DNA from: Octopus sinensis
Lineage: Eukaryota
Direction of reading: 5' to 3'
DNA length: 64,000 bases
NCBI RefSeq assembly: GCF_006345805.1
Contig: NC_042999.1
Location: 100,316,001 to 100,380,000 of the forward strand
The notes below the pieces were generated by a model that was given only the letters and a program-made list of their open reading frames with translations, had not been told where the DNA came from and did not search any database. The first letter of the stretch is position 1, and each line of letters opens with the position of its first letter. The position numbers and the translations under genes are program-made. Shown piece by piece: positions 40,467 to 53,247 of the stretch.

Positions 40467-42120
40467 ATTAAATAATTAAATTTAGAAACATTAGAAGAAA
40501 AGTTTTCTTAAAAGAATATTTCTATAGTAGTGTTCAGATTTAAGTGGCATTCTGCCTTTCTCTGACTCCTTGTTTGCACTTGTGTGTTCGAGGTAGTTGT
40601 GAGTTCTTGGTAGGGTAGTAGAGGAAGGCTGGTGAGGAAAGGGGGGTGGGAGAATCTGGGAGTGCCCTGATGGTCGTATTTTGAATGGTCAGTGGCGGCT
40701 GGCAGTCTCAGTTCAATTCAGGAGAATATTTATATTGACAGGCTTGTTTATAGAATTAGCGTAGGTGTTATACTAAAAAACATTAGTGACAAACTTAAGG
40801 GGTAGGGGGTGGAGAAGAAGAAGAAGAAGAAGAAGAAGAAGAAGAAGAAGAAGAAGGAGAAGGAGAAGGAGAAGATGATGGTGATGGTGGTGATGATTAT
40901 GACGACGATGATGATGATAACGATGATGATGAAGAAGAAGAAGGAGGAGAAGGAGAAGATGGTGGTGATGATGGTGGCGATGATGATGACGCCGATGATG
41001 ATGATAACGATGATGATGAAGAAGAAGAAGAAAAAAACAGAGAAGGGAGAATATGAATGGGTGTAAATATAGCTATGAAGGGGCTGATTAGTAATGGATT
41101 CTATGGAGTGTAGTATTTGTGTGTGTATATATATTTTTTTCTTTTATTCTAAGTTGAGGTATATTAATTGTTTGTCGTAGACCCGTTAAGAAGTGGCTTG
41201 TATTTTGTAATAAAGAGATTTTCTTTACTTATTCTTTGTCTCGAGGTTGTATCGTCCCTAAATTGGTAGAGGGGGAAAATTCTGAAGTTTGGTGTTTTTT
41301 TGTTGGCGCAAGTATCTATGTGTTGGCTAAAAGCTATTTTTCTGTTTTGGGGAATTTTTATCTGGGATCTGTGCAGGGCCATTCGTTTACGCAAACCATT
41401 TTTTGTTTGGCCTATGTACTGCTCTTGACACCCGGAGCAGGTTAGTGAGTATATTAGGTTCTCCGAAGCACATGTGAAGTTGCTTTTCACTGTAAACCGT
41501 TGTCCCTGTTTGAAGGAGAACTCAGAACCCTCGATTAGATAGTCGCATATCCCGCAATTGGGTCTTCCACATTTTTTTACTGTCGGCTTCTGTGTTGAAG
41601 AGTGAATTCGGGCTTGTGTAAGGAGACTTTTCATGGAACTAGGCTGTCTTTTGCTTTTTATGATCGTGTGTGTTTGGAGGATTGTGTTCATTCTGTGGTC
41701 TTTTTTTAGGAGGGGTATGTTCTTCTTCTTCTTCTTCTTCTTCTTCTTATTCTTCTTCTTCTTCTTCTTCTTCTCCACCCCCTACCCCTTAAGTTTGTCA
41801 CTAATGCTTTTTAGTATAACACCTACGCTAATTCTATAAACAAGCCTGTCAATATAAATATTCTCCTGAATTGAACTGAGACTGCCAGCCGCCACTGACC
41901 ATTCAAAATACGACCATCAGGGCACTCCCGATTCTCCCACCCCCCCTTTCCTCACCAGCCTTCCTCTACTACCCTACCAAGAACTCACACTACCTCGAAC
42001 ACACAAGTGCAAACAAGGGAGTCAGAGAAAGGCAGAATGCCACTTAAATCTGAACACTACTATAGAAATATTCTTTTAAGAAAACTTTTCTTCTAATTTT
42101 TCTAAATTTAATTATTTAAT

Positions 42121-42168
42121 CGTTACAGTTGAAAAGGTCTCAAAATGACCGAAACCGGTACTGAAATG
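42121..42168 (+). ncRNA. Minimal type I hammerhead ribozyme (family C) with U3-A8 core variant
   Basis: CGUUACAG-UUGAAAA-GGUC(UCAAAAU)GACC-GAA-ACCGGU-A|CUGAAAUG. Stem I 7 of 8 pairs, stem II 4 bp closed by G-C, palindromic stem III ACCGGU, predicted cut after GUA at 42160. Confidence 0.72.
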
Positions 42169-42218
42169 TTCACTATAAAATTATTTTAGCATTTTCTATT
42201 TTTTACTTGTTTTTTCAT

Positions 42219-42287
<69 letters not shown>

Positions 42288-42737
42288 GTTCGAACAAAAT
42301 ATTGTCATTATCGAAATATATACTAGAGTATTAGAAAATAACATATAGCATTTTTTGTGTTCTTAAAAAGCTAAACTACAACAATTCAGGACCTTTCAGT
42401 AGGTAATCTACTGTCTCAGTCCTTCATCTATCTCACCTCCATTATCGAGACGCATTTTGTATTTGTACCCGCCAAGATTCATAATGTTTCAGCAATATGC
42501 TCAAAGTTAGTTAAACTAACTCTGGTACTCTTCTTCAAATTTGATCTGGTGACTAATAAATTATTGTATATAATAGGAATTATATTTAGAAAATATATAT
42601 ATATTATACATATATTATATGTATATATATACATATATATGTATATTTATGTATATATATATATGTATGTATGTATATATATATATATATATATCATATG
42701 TATGTATCGTATGTATATATATATATGTATGTATGTG

Positions 42738-42782
<45 letters not shown>

Positions 42783-43242
42783 TATGAATGTATGTATATA
42801 TATATATGTATGTATATGTATGTATATATATATATGCATATATATCATATGTATATATATGTATGTATATGTATACATATGCATGTATATGTATGTATAT
42901 ATATATATATATATATGTATGTCTATGTATGCATATATATATGTATTCATACATACATATTAATGTTTGTTTTTATGTTGAGTTACAACAAAAACAATTT
43001 TATATTAATCTAAAGTGTTGCTCTACACTTTTATACAGTACACATTTATTAGTCTTATACAAGAACGTTGTTGAATGTAACTTCGAAAATCCGACCAGCT
43101 GGCCGAAATTTCGAGCTCACTGTTAACAACATTCTTATGTAAGAATTACATAAATATATATATATATATATACATATATATACATATATATATACATATA
43201 TATATATACATATATATATACACATATATATATATATATACT

Positions 43243-43274
<32 letters not shown>

Positions 43275-45423
43275 CATATATATATATACATATATATATA
43301 CATATATATACATCCATACATATATATGTATATATATATATATATATAATATACATATATATGTATATATATACATATATATACATCCATACATATATAT
43401 GTATATTTATGTATGTATGTGTGTGTGTTTATATATATATATATATAATGTTTATCAATGAAATATTTGATTTTTTTTGTTCAGTTATTTCATTAAATTT
43501 TATAAATTTTTTAACATTTTTTCATATAATATATTTTGCACCGTACTTTAATTCATATTGTATTGCAATAAAATACATTCTTATTTTATATTTTGCTATT
43601 TTGCAATTAAAATATATGATTTTATGAAAGAGGCTCAATACTACAATTTTTTTTTCTTTTTATAATCTGATCAACTACATTGATCCACATTGATCCAATG
43701 TCTGACTGGTACCTATCGATCTCAGTAAAATGCAAAGTCAATTTTGGCCAATTTCAAACTGAGAGCATAAAATACATTACTAAATATTGCAAAGTGTTTG
43801 GTGTAAAATTCTAGCGTTTCGGCCAGTCTACCATCTATCAAATGATTACATAACACATATATTATATCATTTTATGTAACATAATATCGCGTTATGTTAT
43901 ATCTTTAATAGTATCAATCATGATATTGAGCTACCACGAGTTTGATACTCCTGTAAAACATACAGTTCCAGAAAGTACCTTCTTTCAAAATCATTAGTGA
44001 ATGGCAGAATCTGTAGAGCACCAGATGAAATGCTTTCACGCTGTAAATATGTCCTTTTACACGTTTAATTGAAAACTTGCTGAGATCGACTTCGCTTTTT
44101 ATCTTTCATTGAAGATGGTCATTGAAATAACTACCAGTCAAAGATTGGAGGTGCCCACCAAACAAATTACCTAGTATTGTACCAATCAAACAAATCGTTA
44201 CTTCTACTTTTATTTTATTTTTATTCTTATATTGCTTTTTATAATATTTTACAATATATCACCTTCAAAATCTTTTTTATAAGCCGTTAGTTATAAAGCA
44301 GAATATGCATCATCAATAGAATTTTAAAGTAACTATTTCAATAAAGTATTCTGATATTCAATCAGGAGGCCTAAAAAGATGGCAAACAAAATATAGCAAA
44401 GAAAATAAAATCCTTTTGTTGACAATTATACCAAAATTAAAATTCGACTTGGACAAATCTTTTATTACAATTTAGTAATATATTTTTGCCATATTTTATT
44501 TTCAATTATCTTATAACAAATTAGCATAACGCTTTTGCCTTATATCATTTTCAGTTTTTATCGATTTTTTTACATTTCTATTTGCCAATGGTAATTACAG
44601 GACACTACTTTCTAGATATTCTCAAGGAGAAACGGATTCCATGCTTTATTCACAAATGTAACCTTTCTTTATATTTTACTACATAATGATTGACAGGTGT
44701 TTATATGCCAGAAATTAGTTTCACAAAGTACTTGCATAATTCAAGGGGCACAATTTTCTGTATGTCTCGGATAATAACATGACAAATGAGTGTCTTTACT
44801 ATTATTACATACTGCTGGTATCCAAGTCATTTCAATACGGCTAATTGCCCTCTGTTGATTAGAAATGGTCTAAACTGCACGTCTTTCCTATCTACACTAG
44901 TAAAAAATGTTGGTAAGAAGAGGAACATATCACTGAGTGGTTAGAATTCCAGATAACTAGCCGTGATCGCGGTAGTTCGTATCCTGATCCGGTCACGATT
45001 TCAGAATTGTTCATGTGACCAAGATATATAACTCTCAAATGGACTACTTCAAAGTTTTGCAAGAGTAACTACACTTTCTTTGTCCTATATAAGTTTATAT
45101 TTAAAAGTACCAAACTACAATTCGCTTGCCTTGCTTCAATAATTTGTCAAACCTTAGGATAAAATATTTATTTTTAAATACATTCCAAATTTTATGTCAA
45201 AACTCACTTTAGTAGCATTACATACCATTTTATTCCAATGGTCCGAGTTATAAAGAATGATTCTGAAATGTTATATAAGGAGTTTTATCTTACCAGTCCC
45301 ATACTCCTGTAGCATTAACTAAGTAACTGAAGAATATATAAATTGATTTTACAAGACAGGTCGACAGAGAGTTAGCCAGCTAGTCGGACAGTTAGCTTGT
45401 TAGCTAGCTAACAAGCTAGATAG

Positions 45424-45455
<32 letters not shown>

Positions 45456-47114
45456 GCAGACAGGCAGGCAGGCAGGCAGACAGACAGATGGAGAGAGGGA
45501 CCGACGGAGGGAGAGAGGGAGGGAGGGAGGGATGGATGGATGAGTGAATTGTGAAATACTATTCATTGTGGATAAGGATCATCAATATTCGAACAAATGA
45601 AATAGTTACTTAAGTTAGGACACTAACACATATGAAAACTAAAATTCTTGACTCATGGAAGAGATTTTTCTATCAGCTTTTAAACTTACCTGCTTTTCTG
45701 ATGTTTTGGTATAGTTTAAAATAGATGGTGTCCCATTGTCCCTAATACTGACTCCATGTAGGATACATTCTTATGATTAATTAAACAAGCGTTCAAATTT
45801 AAAGCTATGCATGACGGTATTAGTATTATACAAATTCTGCCTTTCCATGAGCTCCCTAACTGCAACCTTAGCACTTTTAAATATATATTAGCTATATGGC
45901 TTCACGGTATGTTTTCTACTATATTTATAATAGTTAAGTGTTGTCTACCTCTTTACATGAACGGCTGATGATTGCTTAGTTTGCACCTTGGATCAAGAGT
46001 ACACCACTTAATTGTATCGACATCAATATTCCAAATGTGATTGGTGTTGTGAAAACGCTAAAAGAAAAACTAAATCGAAAATTTTAATTATATTTCTTTA
46101 AATATACCATTACACAAAATGATTGAAGTATAATTAAATCGTTCTTTAGTTTCTAAACTACGCTAATGGTTTTTATTACATCTAAAGCTTTACTTGTGCT
46201 ATAACAATTATCCTGTAATATCATGTGAAGCCAATAAAGTCGACGACTATATGTACAGTCGCAGTGAAGTATTTTTTCAAATGTATGAATGTAAGCAGAG
46301 TATAATTATTTTTAAAAAGTACTATATCAAAAGACGACTATATTTTAAATTGCGTCGGGCGTAATAACCTCAGTAAACATTATCTTAAAAACATATACTT
46401 GTAATTCGATCAGTGTAAAATTGTTGTATATTTAACATCCCAGTTTGAAATGCTATCAGCTAGCTCTCGTAATTATTATATATTTCTAAAATTCCAAATG
46501 CATATGGACGTTTTATCTGTCATTGTGACTTATCTCCCTTCAATAATCAACGTTTTTAAACTCGAAAAAAACTTCACTCAATCGTGCCTTGAGACAAAAA
46601 TTAACGTTTTTATATCTATAAAAACAAAATAAATATTTTCTTTTCTCTATCTCTTTCTCTCTCGTAATTATAGTTTAACTCGTGTTTGTCCGCAGGAATT
46701 ATTTTAATTAAACATATTTTCTTTCATTTTTAATATTGAATTTAAAAACAAAATACTTAAACTTCAAAATATATCGTAATTTTAAGCAGTTTCTATATGG
46801 CTTCTTTCTGTCAATTTTTTTTTCTTGTTTTGAGTCATTTCTATGAATAATTTTCTTGCAGATTTATTTAACAAAATTATTGTATGAAAACTAATTAATG
46901 ATTAATAAAAGTAAACAAATCAATAATTTCACTCTTGTTCCAGGCCTCGTTTTTTATATTGTGATTTCCACAATTTGTTAAACTGTTGAGGTAAAAAAAA
47001 AACTACTTTCTTTTAATTTTGATGAATTATTATGAAAATGTATATCCAGATTTACTTTCGGATTTTCATAAGTTTCTTTTTGACGTGGCACAAGATCTTA
47101 CATTTTGGAAGTAG

Positions 47115-47420
47115 GTTATTTTTGTTGCTGCTGCTGCTGCTGTTGCTGTTGAGCGAAGCGGTCTTCGTCCCAGAGCTCGCAGTGGGAGAAGTCTGAATCG
47201 TGGTCCTTTGCTATTCGTAAGACCCGCAGAAGAGAAAGCAGGTCAACCCCCGACACCGAGAGCATCGATGGATGGATGAATGCGCATCCAGGCTCAGCGG
47301 TTGCGTAGGAAGTCGGGGACAAGAAACAGAAAGAAAGAGTGAGAGAAAGTTGGGGCGAAAGAGTACAACAGGGGTCGTCACCACCCCCTGCCGGAGCCTC
47401 GTGGAGCTTTAGGTGTTTTC
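47115..47420 (-). mobile_element. 5'-truncated SINE with (CAA/CAG)n tail
   Basis: GC-rich body ending in a CAA/CAG repeat tail on the minus strand. Confidence 0.65.
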
Positions 47421-47949
47421 GCTGCTGCTGATTAGCTTATTGTCTGCTGTGAGCTACAAGACGAATGATCAACGAGGTTCTAACCATGACCACCATGTCT
47501 TTTTAGGGATATCTGAAACTACACTATCCAATTTCTTTTCATTAGTTAATATGATATGGCATCGTTTGAGGGACATTTTTTTTTTATCAAATCGAGCGGC
47601 CGTTTCGAAGACGGATGAAGCGCTTTTGCTTTTCTTCGAAGTGGACTTGGGTCCAGCAAAACTGCTTCACATTCTCGTCTCAGCCGGAACTTTACTCTAT
47701 ATCACGTTTTGTAAAATATCATTTTTCATATTAGTACAAGGTTATCGATTTGTTTTGTAAAGGAGGGCGCAGATTGCGTAAACTAAAGCATAATGATTAT
47801 TATAATTATGTTTTGGATTTTCTTTGATTTATACAAACTACATCCAAATTTCAATAAAAGACGTCAAGGAAGAACAAGATTTTCCATCTAAAGAGGTTAA
47901 CAAGTGAGGTGCCAAAAGAAACTGCTGTTTGTGTGTAAAAAAAATCTCC

Positions 47950-48340
47950 TTATCAAAATTATCATATAACCCGGTAAGTTTAGGATTGTATTTACATGGA
48001 GAGGAATCTACGTAAAATATCTGAGATAACCATAAGTATGATCTTTTGAAGATCACTTATTTTGAAGCAACAAGGAATTTGGTCTATATATTTGCTTATT
48101 TTGATATCATTCCAATAACAATAGGTAATGTTATTGCTTTGAGATGGCACATTCTGATATCTGTCTCCAAGCCCTTACATTTGCTAAATTTCTCAGACGT
48201 TTTCAGAGATGTGTTTTTGTTAGCTGGGGTTGCATCATCAATCAAAAGACATTTCATTTCAGCATGATTTTTTTTATCTTGTCTGTTAGCCTGTTCCCCG
48301 ATCAGCCTGAACACTGAAATTCTAAAATGTGATAACTTCA
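47950..48340 (-). mobile_element. RLE-type non-LTR C-terminal relic
   Basis: CLLIDDATPANKNTSLKTSEKFSKCKGLETDIRMCHLKAITLPIVIG resembles the RLE domain of the 29600 relic. Confidence 0.65.
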
Positions 48341-48637
48341 TTGTGGTCAAATTTTCTTGGTTTGTGTTCCCATCAGTTCTCGTTGTGAGGAAGGTTGTAT
48401 ATTGAGAAGGGTATGTGCTGAGCTGCAAATTGTGTGTAGTCTGTTAGTGCTAGTCGGCAGCAACCAGAGATTGGTCAACTCCTAAGCTACATTTGGAGCT
48501 ACAAAATTTGAATTTGATTCAGTAGAAAAAATAGCTGAGATTTCAAATATGTGAGGTTAAAAAAGGGAGAATAACACCTGAAATCGATTTCAGGGATATA
48601 CACGCGACGCTGCAAACATGCTTTCGTAAACACATAT

Positions 48638-48681
<44 letters not shown>

Positions 48682-48778
48682 CACACACACACACATACAC
48701 ACACACACATACACATACACACACATGCACATACACATAAGTAACTTTTAAGACGTCCATCGTACATAAACACACAGT

Positions 48779-48861
<83 letters not shown>

Positions 48862-49759
48862 TTACTTGGATGAAGACGCGTGCGTTCAATCATATAATAA
48901 CAATTTAATAAATAAAACATATGCATACATACATACATATATGTACATACCTACATCTATATGTATATATACATGCATATATGGGTACAGGACACCACCA
49001 AAAAAACGTAGAACACAATGAGAAACGAAAACATAAAAACAAAACAAGGAAACAGACTTTTTTAACAACGAAAAAACAGAGTACAAGATATACAACACAA
49101 GGAACATCCCCCTTCTTCAGCTGCCCCTGTTTCGACTCAATGCGTGTTTCGAAGATAAGGGCAGAACACGACTACGTGGAAACAATCCTTCCCGCAAAGC
49201 GAATTAAATAACAATTTTTTTTTGCGGAGGGGTAAAAAAAGGTGACAAGAACAGGACAGTAAAAGCAATACAAATAAAGAAAAAAGCAGTACAAATAAAG
49301 ATAAAAACAGTAAAAGATAGGACAAGGAGAAACCAACATTAAGGGTTTTTTTAAGCCTAGTCGGTGGAAAAATTCATTTGAACGCATTCTGAAGAACGGC
49401 TTACGAGGGCAGCATCCTTTCTGGTTTCTTCTCCTCTCCCTTTCACCGTTCCCTCTCTCTCACTCCTCCTTCTCCCTCTCGTCGCTGACCAGAGAGCTAC
49501 TAACTTTCTTTCTGACTTGTGCCTTCAACAAGTCAACAACGGCTTCTCCTGTCTCTCAGCTGCACCAACATCATCAAGATTTAATCTGTCAGTAGGAGCA
49601 ACTACGGTGGCGAAAAATAACGCCACCCAAACGGTATCACATCCCAGCATTCTCTTTCTCTCTTTTCATCTTTCCTCTTCCTCCTGCGGAGACTGACCCT
49701 TGCTTTTCATTATTCAGAGTCAAGTATTTGAGTCAAAGAGACTGTCCACTTCAAGCAAA

Positions 49760-51267
49760 ATGTGTAGCCTTGTACCTTTTTTAGAAATCATTACGCTGTA
49801 ATTTTTTTTTCTTGCCTGTGGTCAGTAAGTATTATTTCCTATTTACTTCTATCTAGAAATCAAAAGGAAATGACTATTCTCCTCAAACTTTGCTTTTGTA
49901 ATCTGGACATCAATATTTTGAAACTTACCTATTTTCCATTACATTTCAGATTCAGTGCTGAGTTGCTGAAACAGAAATATCGTTATATCAAATATTCTGT
50001 TCAATACCACAGATTTACTTATCCGTTGCTTGACCTTAACAACTTGAGCATGTCCCTTAGCGGCTGACAATATGTGCATCTCTGGTCATGAGCAGGAGTA
50101 GAGGAGGAGCATCATCGTGTTAAGAGGGATTTTGGGGGGTTTTGAATTAATGTAACAAAAGCAGAGTTTGAAGAAAATATTAAGAAATATTAGCCATTTT
50201 TCATACTTTGCAGGGGTAAGCAAATAGTAAATAATAGTTGCTACCCAAGGACAAATATCATGTAACACAGTGTTATTTTCATTCTTGGTAAAAAAAATGT
50301 TTAGCTTTTGACCAGCTGACAATTTATTTAGATTAGCATACAGCAAGGATGTGTAATTTGACTATAACTTACATGCATTTAAAAAAAAATTTCATTTATA
50401 TATCTTCTTGCGAACAGATTGTTGTTTTTCATAAAAATTATATTCAAAATGGTATTTATCTAAATGCAGAGCCTTTTATAGTATTTTGCATTCGTTGTTT
50501 CGTCAAATTGGCATTCAAGGCTTTACGCTTTATAAACTGCAACCGAATATTTACAAATAAGCTACACATATTTTCCAAACTTTTCTGTGAAAATGAATTA
50601 TTTGTCCATTTTTCATAGTTCAAAGGACTTTCACCGGAAACGGATTATTTTTATACTCTTTACATGATTCGCTTAAAATTTTCAATTAAAACAGGCAAAT
50701 GAACTATAAATACTGCGAATATTCAAAATTATTGTACTTAACTTGTAATGACACAAGTAACCCAGAGTTTAAATTCACATCTATTTATTCATTACCAATA
50801 AAAACATTACCAATAACAATATACCCCCGCATGCAGAGATTCAGTGAGAAAGAGGGCAAATGCTAAGTGTTAAATGTCCATTGGTTGTAATAAAGATGCG
50901 AGGCTGTCATCAGTTCGTGTTTATTCCTAATCATTAATTTCATAATACAACGTTTGCATATGACTAATATTAAATTAATATGATTTTTAGGATTAAGCTT
51001 TTTTTAAGCTTTTTTCTTGTCGATTTTAGAGACCTTCGTCGTCAAGTGATTTCAGTTTTCAATGAGTGTGAAATTTTTCCCGCGGACAAGGGGCGAAGGG
51101 ATCTGTCTTAAATAACAAAAAATACAACGGACGATGGAGCTGTTCCTAATATACATGAAGATGAAATAATCACAGTCAGAGCACCTTGGAACAAAACAAC
51201 AACGTATGTTCTATCTAAAACGTTACATTTAAAGTGGCCTAATTATATTTTTGGAGAGGAATTACAA
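49760..51267 (+). pseudogene. Candidate two-exon secreted-protein gene with two in-frame TAA stops; exons 49760-49824 and 51030-51267
   Basis: caaaATG at 49760; MCSLVPFLEIITL*FFFLACG is signal-peptide-like; donor CA|GTAAGT at 49825 (phase 2); acceptor ttttttcttgtcgattttag|A at 51030 (phase 2, compatible); exon 2 reads QDLRRQVISVFNECEIFPADKGRRDLS*ITKNTTDDGAVPN...IFGEELQ and ends at CAA|GTGAGT (51268). No family recognised. Confidence 0.42.
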
Positions 51268-51779
51268 GTGAGTTTTAACACTATTTGGAAGACTTTAGAC
51301 AAATCAAATATTACTAGATCGAATGTCACCTTTTCTGAGAGATTTCACATGAGAGTTGTGATCGGAGGTGAACCTAATTCCCATCTTCCTTGAATTATTG
51401 AAAAATAGGTAGCACCACCACTGATTTAACCAATATAGGGCCTAAAAGAGGACTAACAACAGATAAAACAACCACAATAGGAGAGCCAGAAAACTTTATG
51501 CAGTCACTCGACTTACTCGAAATAGGGACAAATTTCCTCTCACAATTTACTGCTCACGTCTGAAACAAGTTGATTGGATAATATTATTGTGTGATGTATC
51601 TGTGGTGTTGTAATCTATTACAGGCCCCTGGTATTGATAAATTAATCGAGGACAATTAGATTAGAATTCACTAATATTATCAAAGTGTAACAATAGAGTA
51701 CTCTCGAATAAAGAGGCTTATAATAAAGAAACTGGAGCAGGCCTGCAAGAAAGTTATTGCGACCGATATGATGTACCAT

Positions 51780-52200
51780 TTCTCCTACTCTAAACATGAA
51801 GGCTGAGTTAAATAGTGTTATAACTTGAATCCTAAAGTATAAAAGTACAAAGGACTACGAGATTCGAAGACATGGCAACAAAGGTAAATTATGGCAATAA
51901 AACCACGATGTAGTATCAGACAACACATAACAGGCTTAATGTCCGACTTTGAGCAAATGTATGCAATCTTCAAAGAGTCCTTTCACAAACTGAAGAAAGT
52001 GGAGAAAGTGGGTGGAAACAGGGAACTTCTAAAATTTGACTCAACAGGCAGCCTTGTCTCTCGTGTTAGAGAGTTAGGAATATGTGTGGAAAGACTACTA
52101 TAGGCCCCCTGGTGCAGGAAACGTACTTAGTAGTTGTGAGAGGAGTGAATAGCCTGGACTGAATGATCTCTATGATTTTATACTAAAATTCTAGAGTTGT
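51780..52200 (+). mobile_element. Possible CR1-type LINE 3' relic
   Basis: Weak by-eye resemblance to the C-terminal region seen at 10948-11283; very degraded. Confidence 0.35.
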
Positions 52201-53109
52201 CTTTTTCTGTCTTTCTTGACATACCTCTGCTGGGATTAATGTTGTTTAAGATAGGAAAGAACTGAAACGTGCTCTTAAGGAATGACGCAAAATATAGGCG
52301 ATACTGAAAATCACTTAGATTCTAGGCTAGGATAATGTGTGAGCTAAGAGATTGGCGCTTGTTCTTCGTAGTATCATCAGTCCTACACAAGTTTATGCGC
52401 TTCTGCAAAGATGTATTCAAGACAACATTCGTTTGAATCAATACACTTAAGAAGTAGGGAATAGTTTTCGTTTGTTTTTTGTTAGTTTATTATTTTTTTG
52501 TGTGTATGTGTATTGAGTGAAGATATAAAGGTCAGTTGAATGTACCCAACAAAACACTTGCTAAAGCAACAACACATGTTGTTTGACCACGTTTAGCTTA
52601 AAGTGTTGAAGGTCAAGTCAAGTGGTTTTCAATTATTTTTGTTCAAACACCTTCTCTTAATCATGTAAAGGTCATCAAATTATCCTCACACCTTATTACG
52701 CTTCTAATGAGTTAGCTAAGTGTCAAACGTTTGGTTGAATCAACCTCCACAACTGTATATACTGGGGAGCTGAGAAATCGCATATTATGGAGGAACATCG
52801 TGTTAATTTACCAGGAATTACTGTAAGGTACATCTTATCATCAAAAGAATTATTTGGATTTTTTTTCACAGTACTGTAACTGATCCCATTTATTTGAACT
52901 TGCTAGAATAATCTGTCATGCCAAGCAAGTATTTTATGATGTTGCTATTTTTATAAGCAACACGGGGTGCCCTCACATTTCCATACTAATGTTAGGGTTT
53001 TTCGTCGGTCCGAGGTTATAGCAAGAAATACGTGTCTGAGGTGTTTAGTGCTGAGACTGAACATGTGATTCAGACGCGAAACTCTTGCCACTCGGCCACT
53101 CCAGCTCAT

Positions 53110-53247
<138 letters not shown>

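Larger units (their letters stand above)
40362..42222 (-). mobile_element. Penelope-like element 2: 5'-truncated, intact GIY-YIG endonuclease C-terminus (41720-41164) with inverted pLTR arms (about 40362-40860 and 41720-42222)
   Basis: ORF contains CGRPNCGIC, FTCASENLIYSLTCSGC, YIGQT, RMALHR, KENLFI and PLLN, as in PLE GIY-YIG domains. Arms are near-identical inverted copies joined to the ORF at a (CTT)n run. Confidence 0.9.

Noticed and set aside
41721-41778. Poly-Lys N-terminus of ORF 41164-41778
   Set aside because: It comes from the (CTT)n junction and inverted pLTR, not the PLE protein.
49100-49175. Type II hammerhead-like order on minus (GAAAC..GTC..CTGAAGA)
   Set aside because: Stem I cannot form; better explained as a simple hairpin in an unclassified repeat (about 48900-49700).
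45690-49965. Minus-strand exon candidates 49965-49929 and 45769-45690 with GTAAGT donors
   Set aside because: The first has stops in all frames, the second a weak acceptor; a few such sites are expected by chance in 64 kb of AT-rich DNA.
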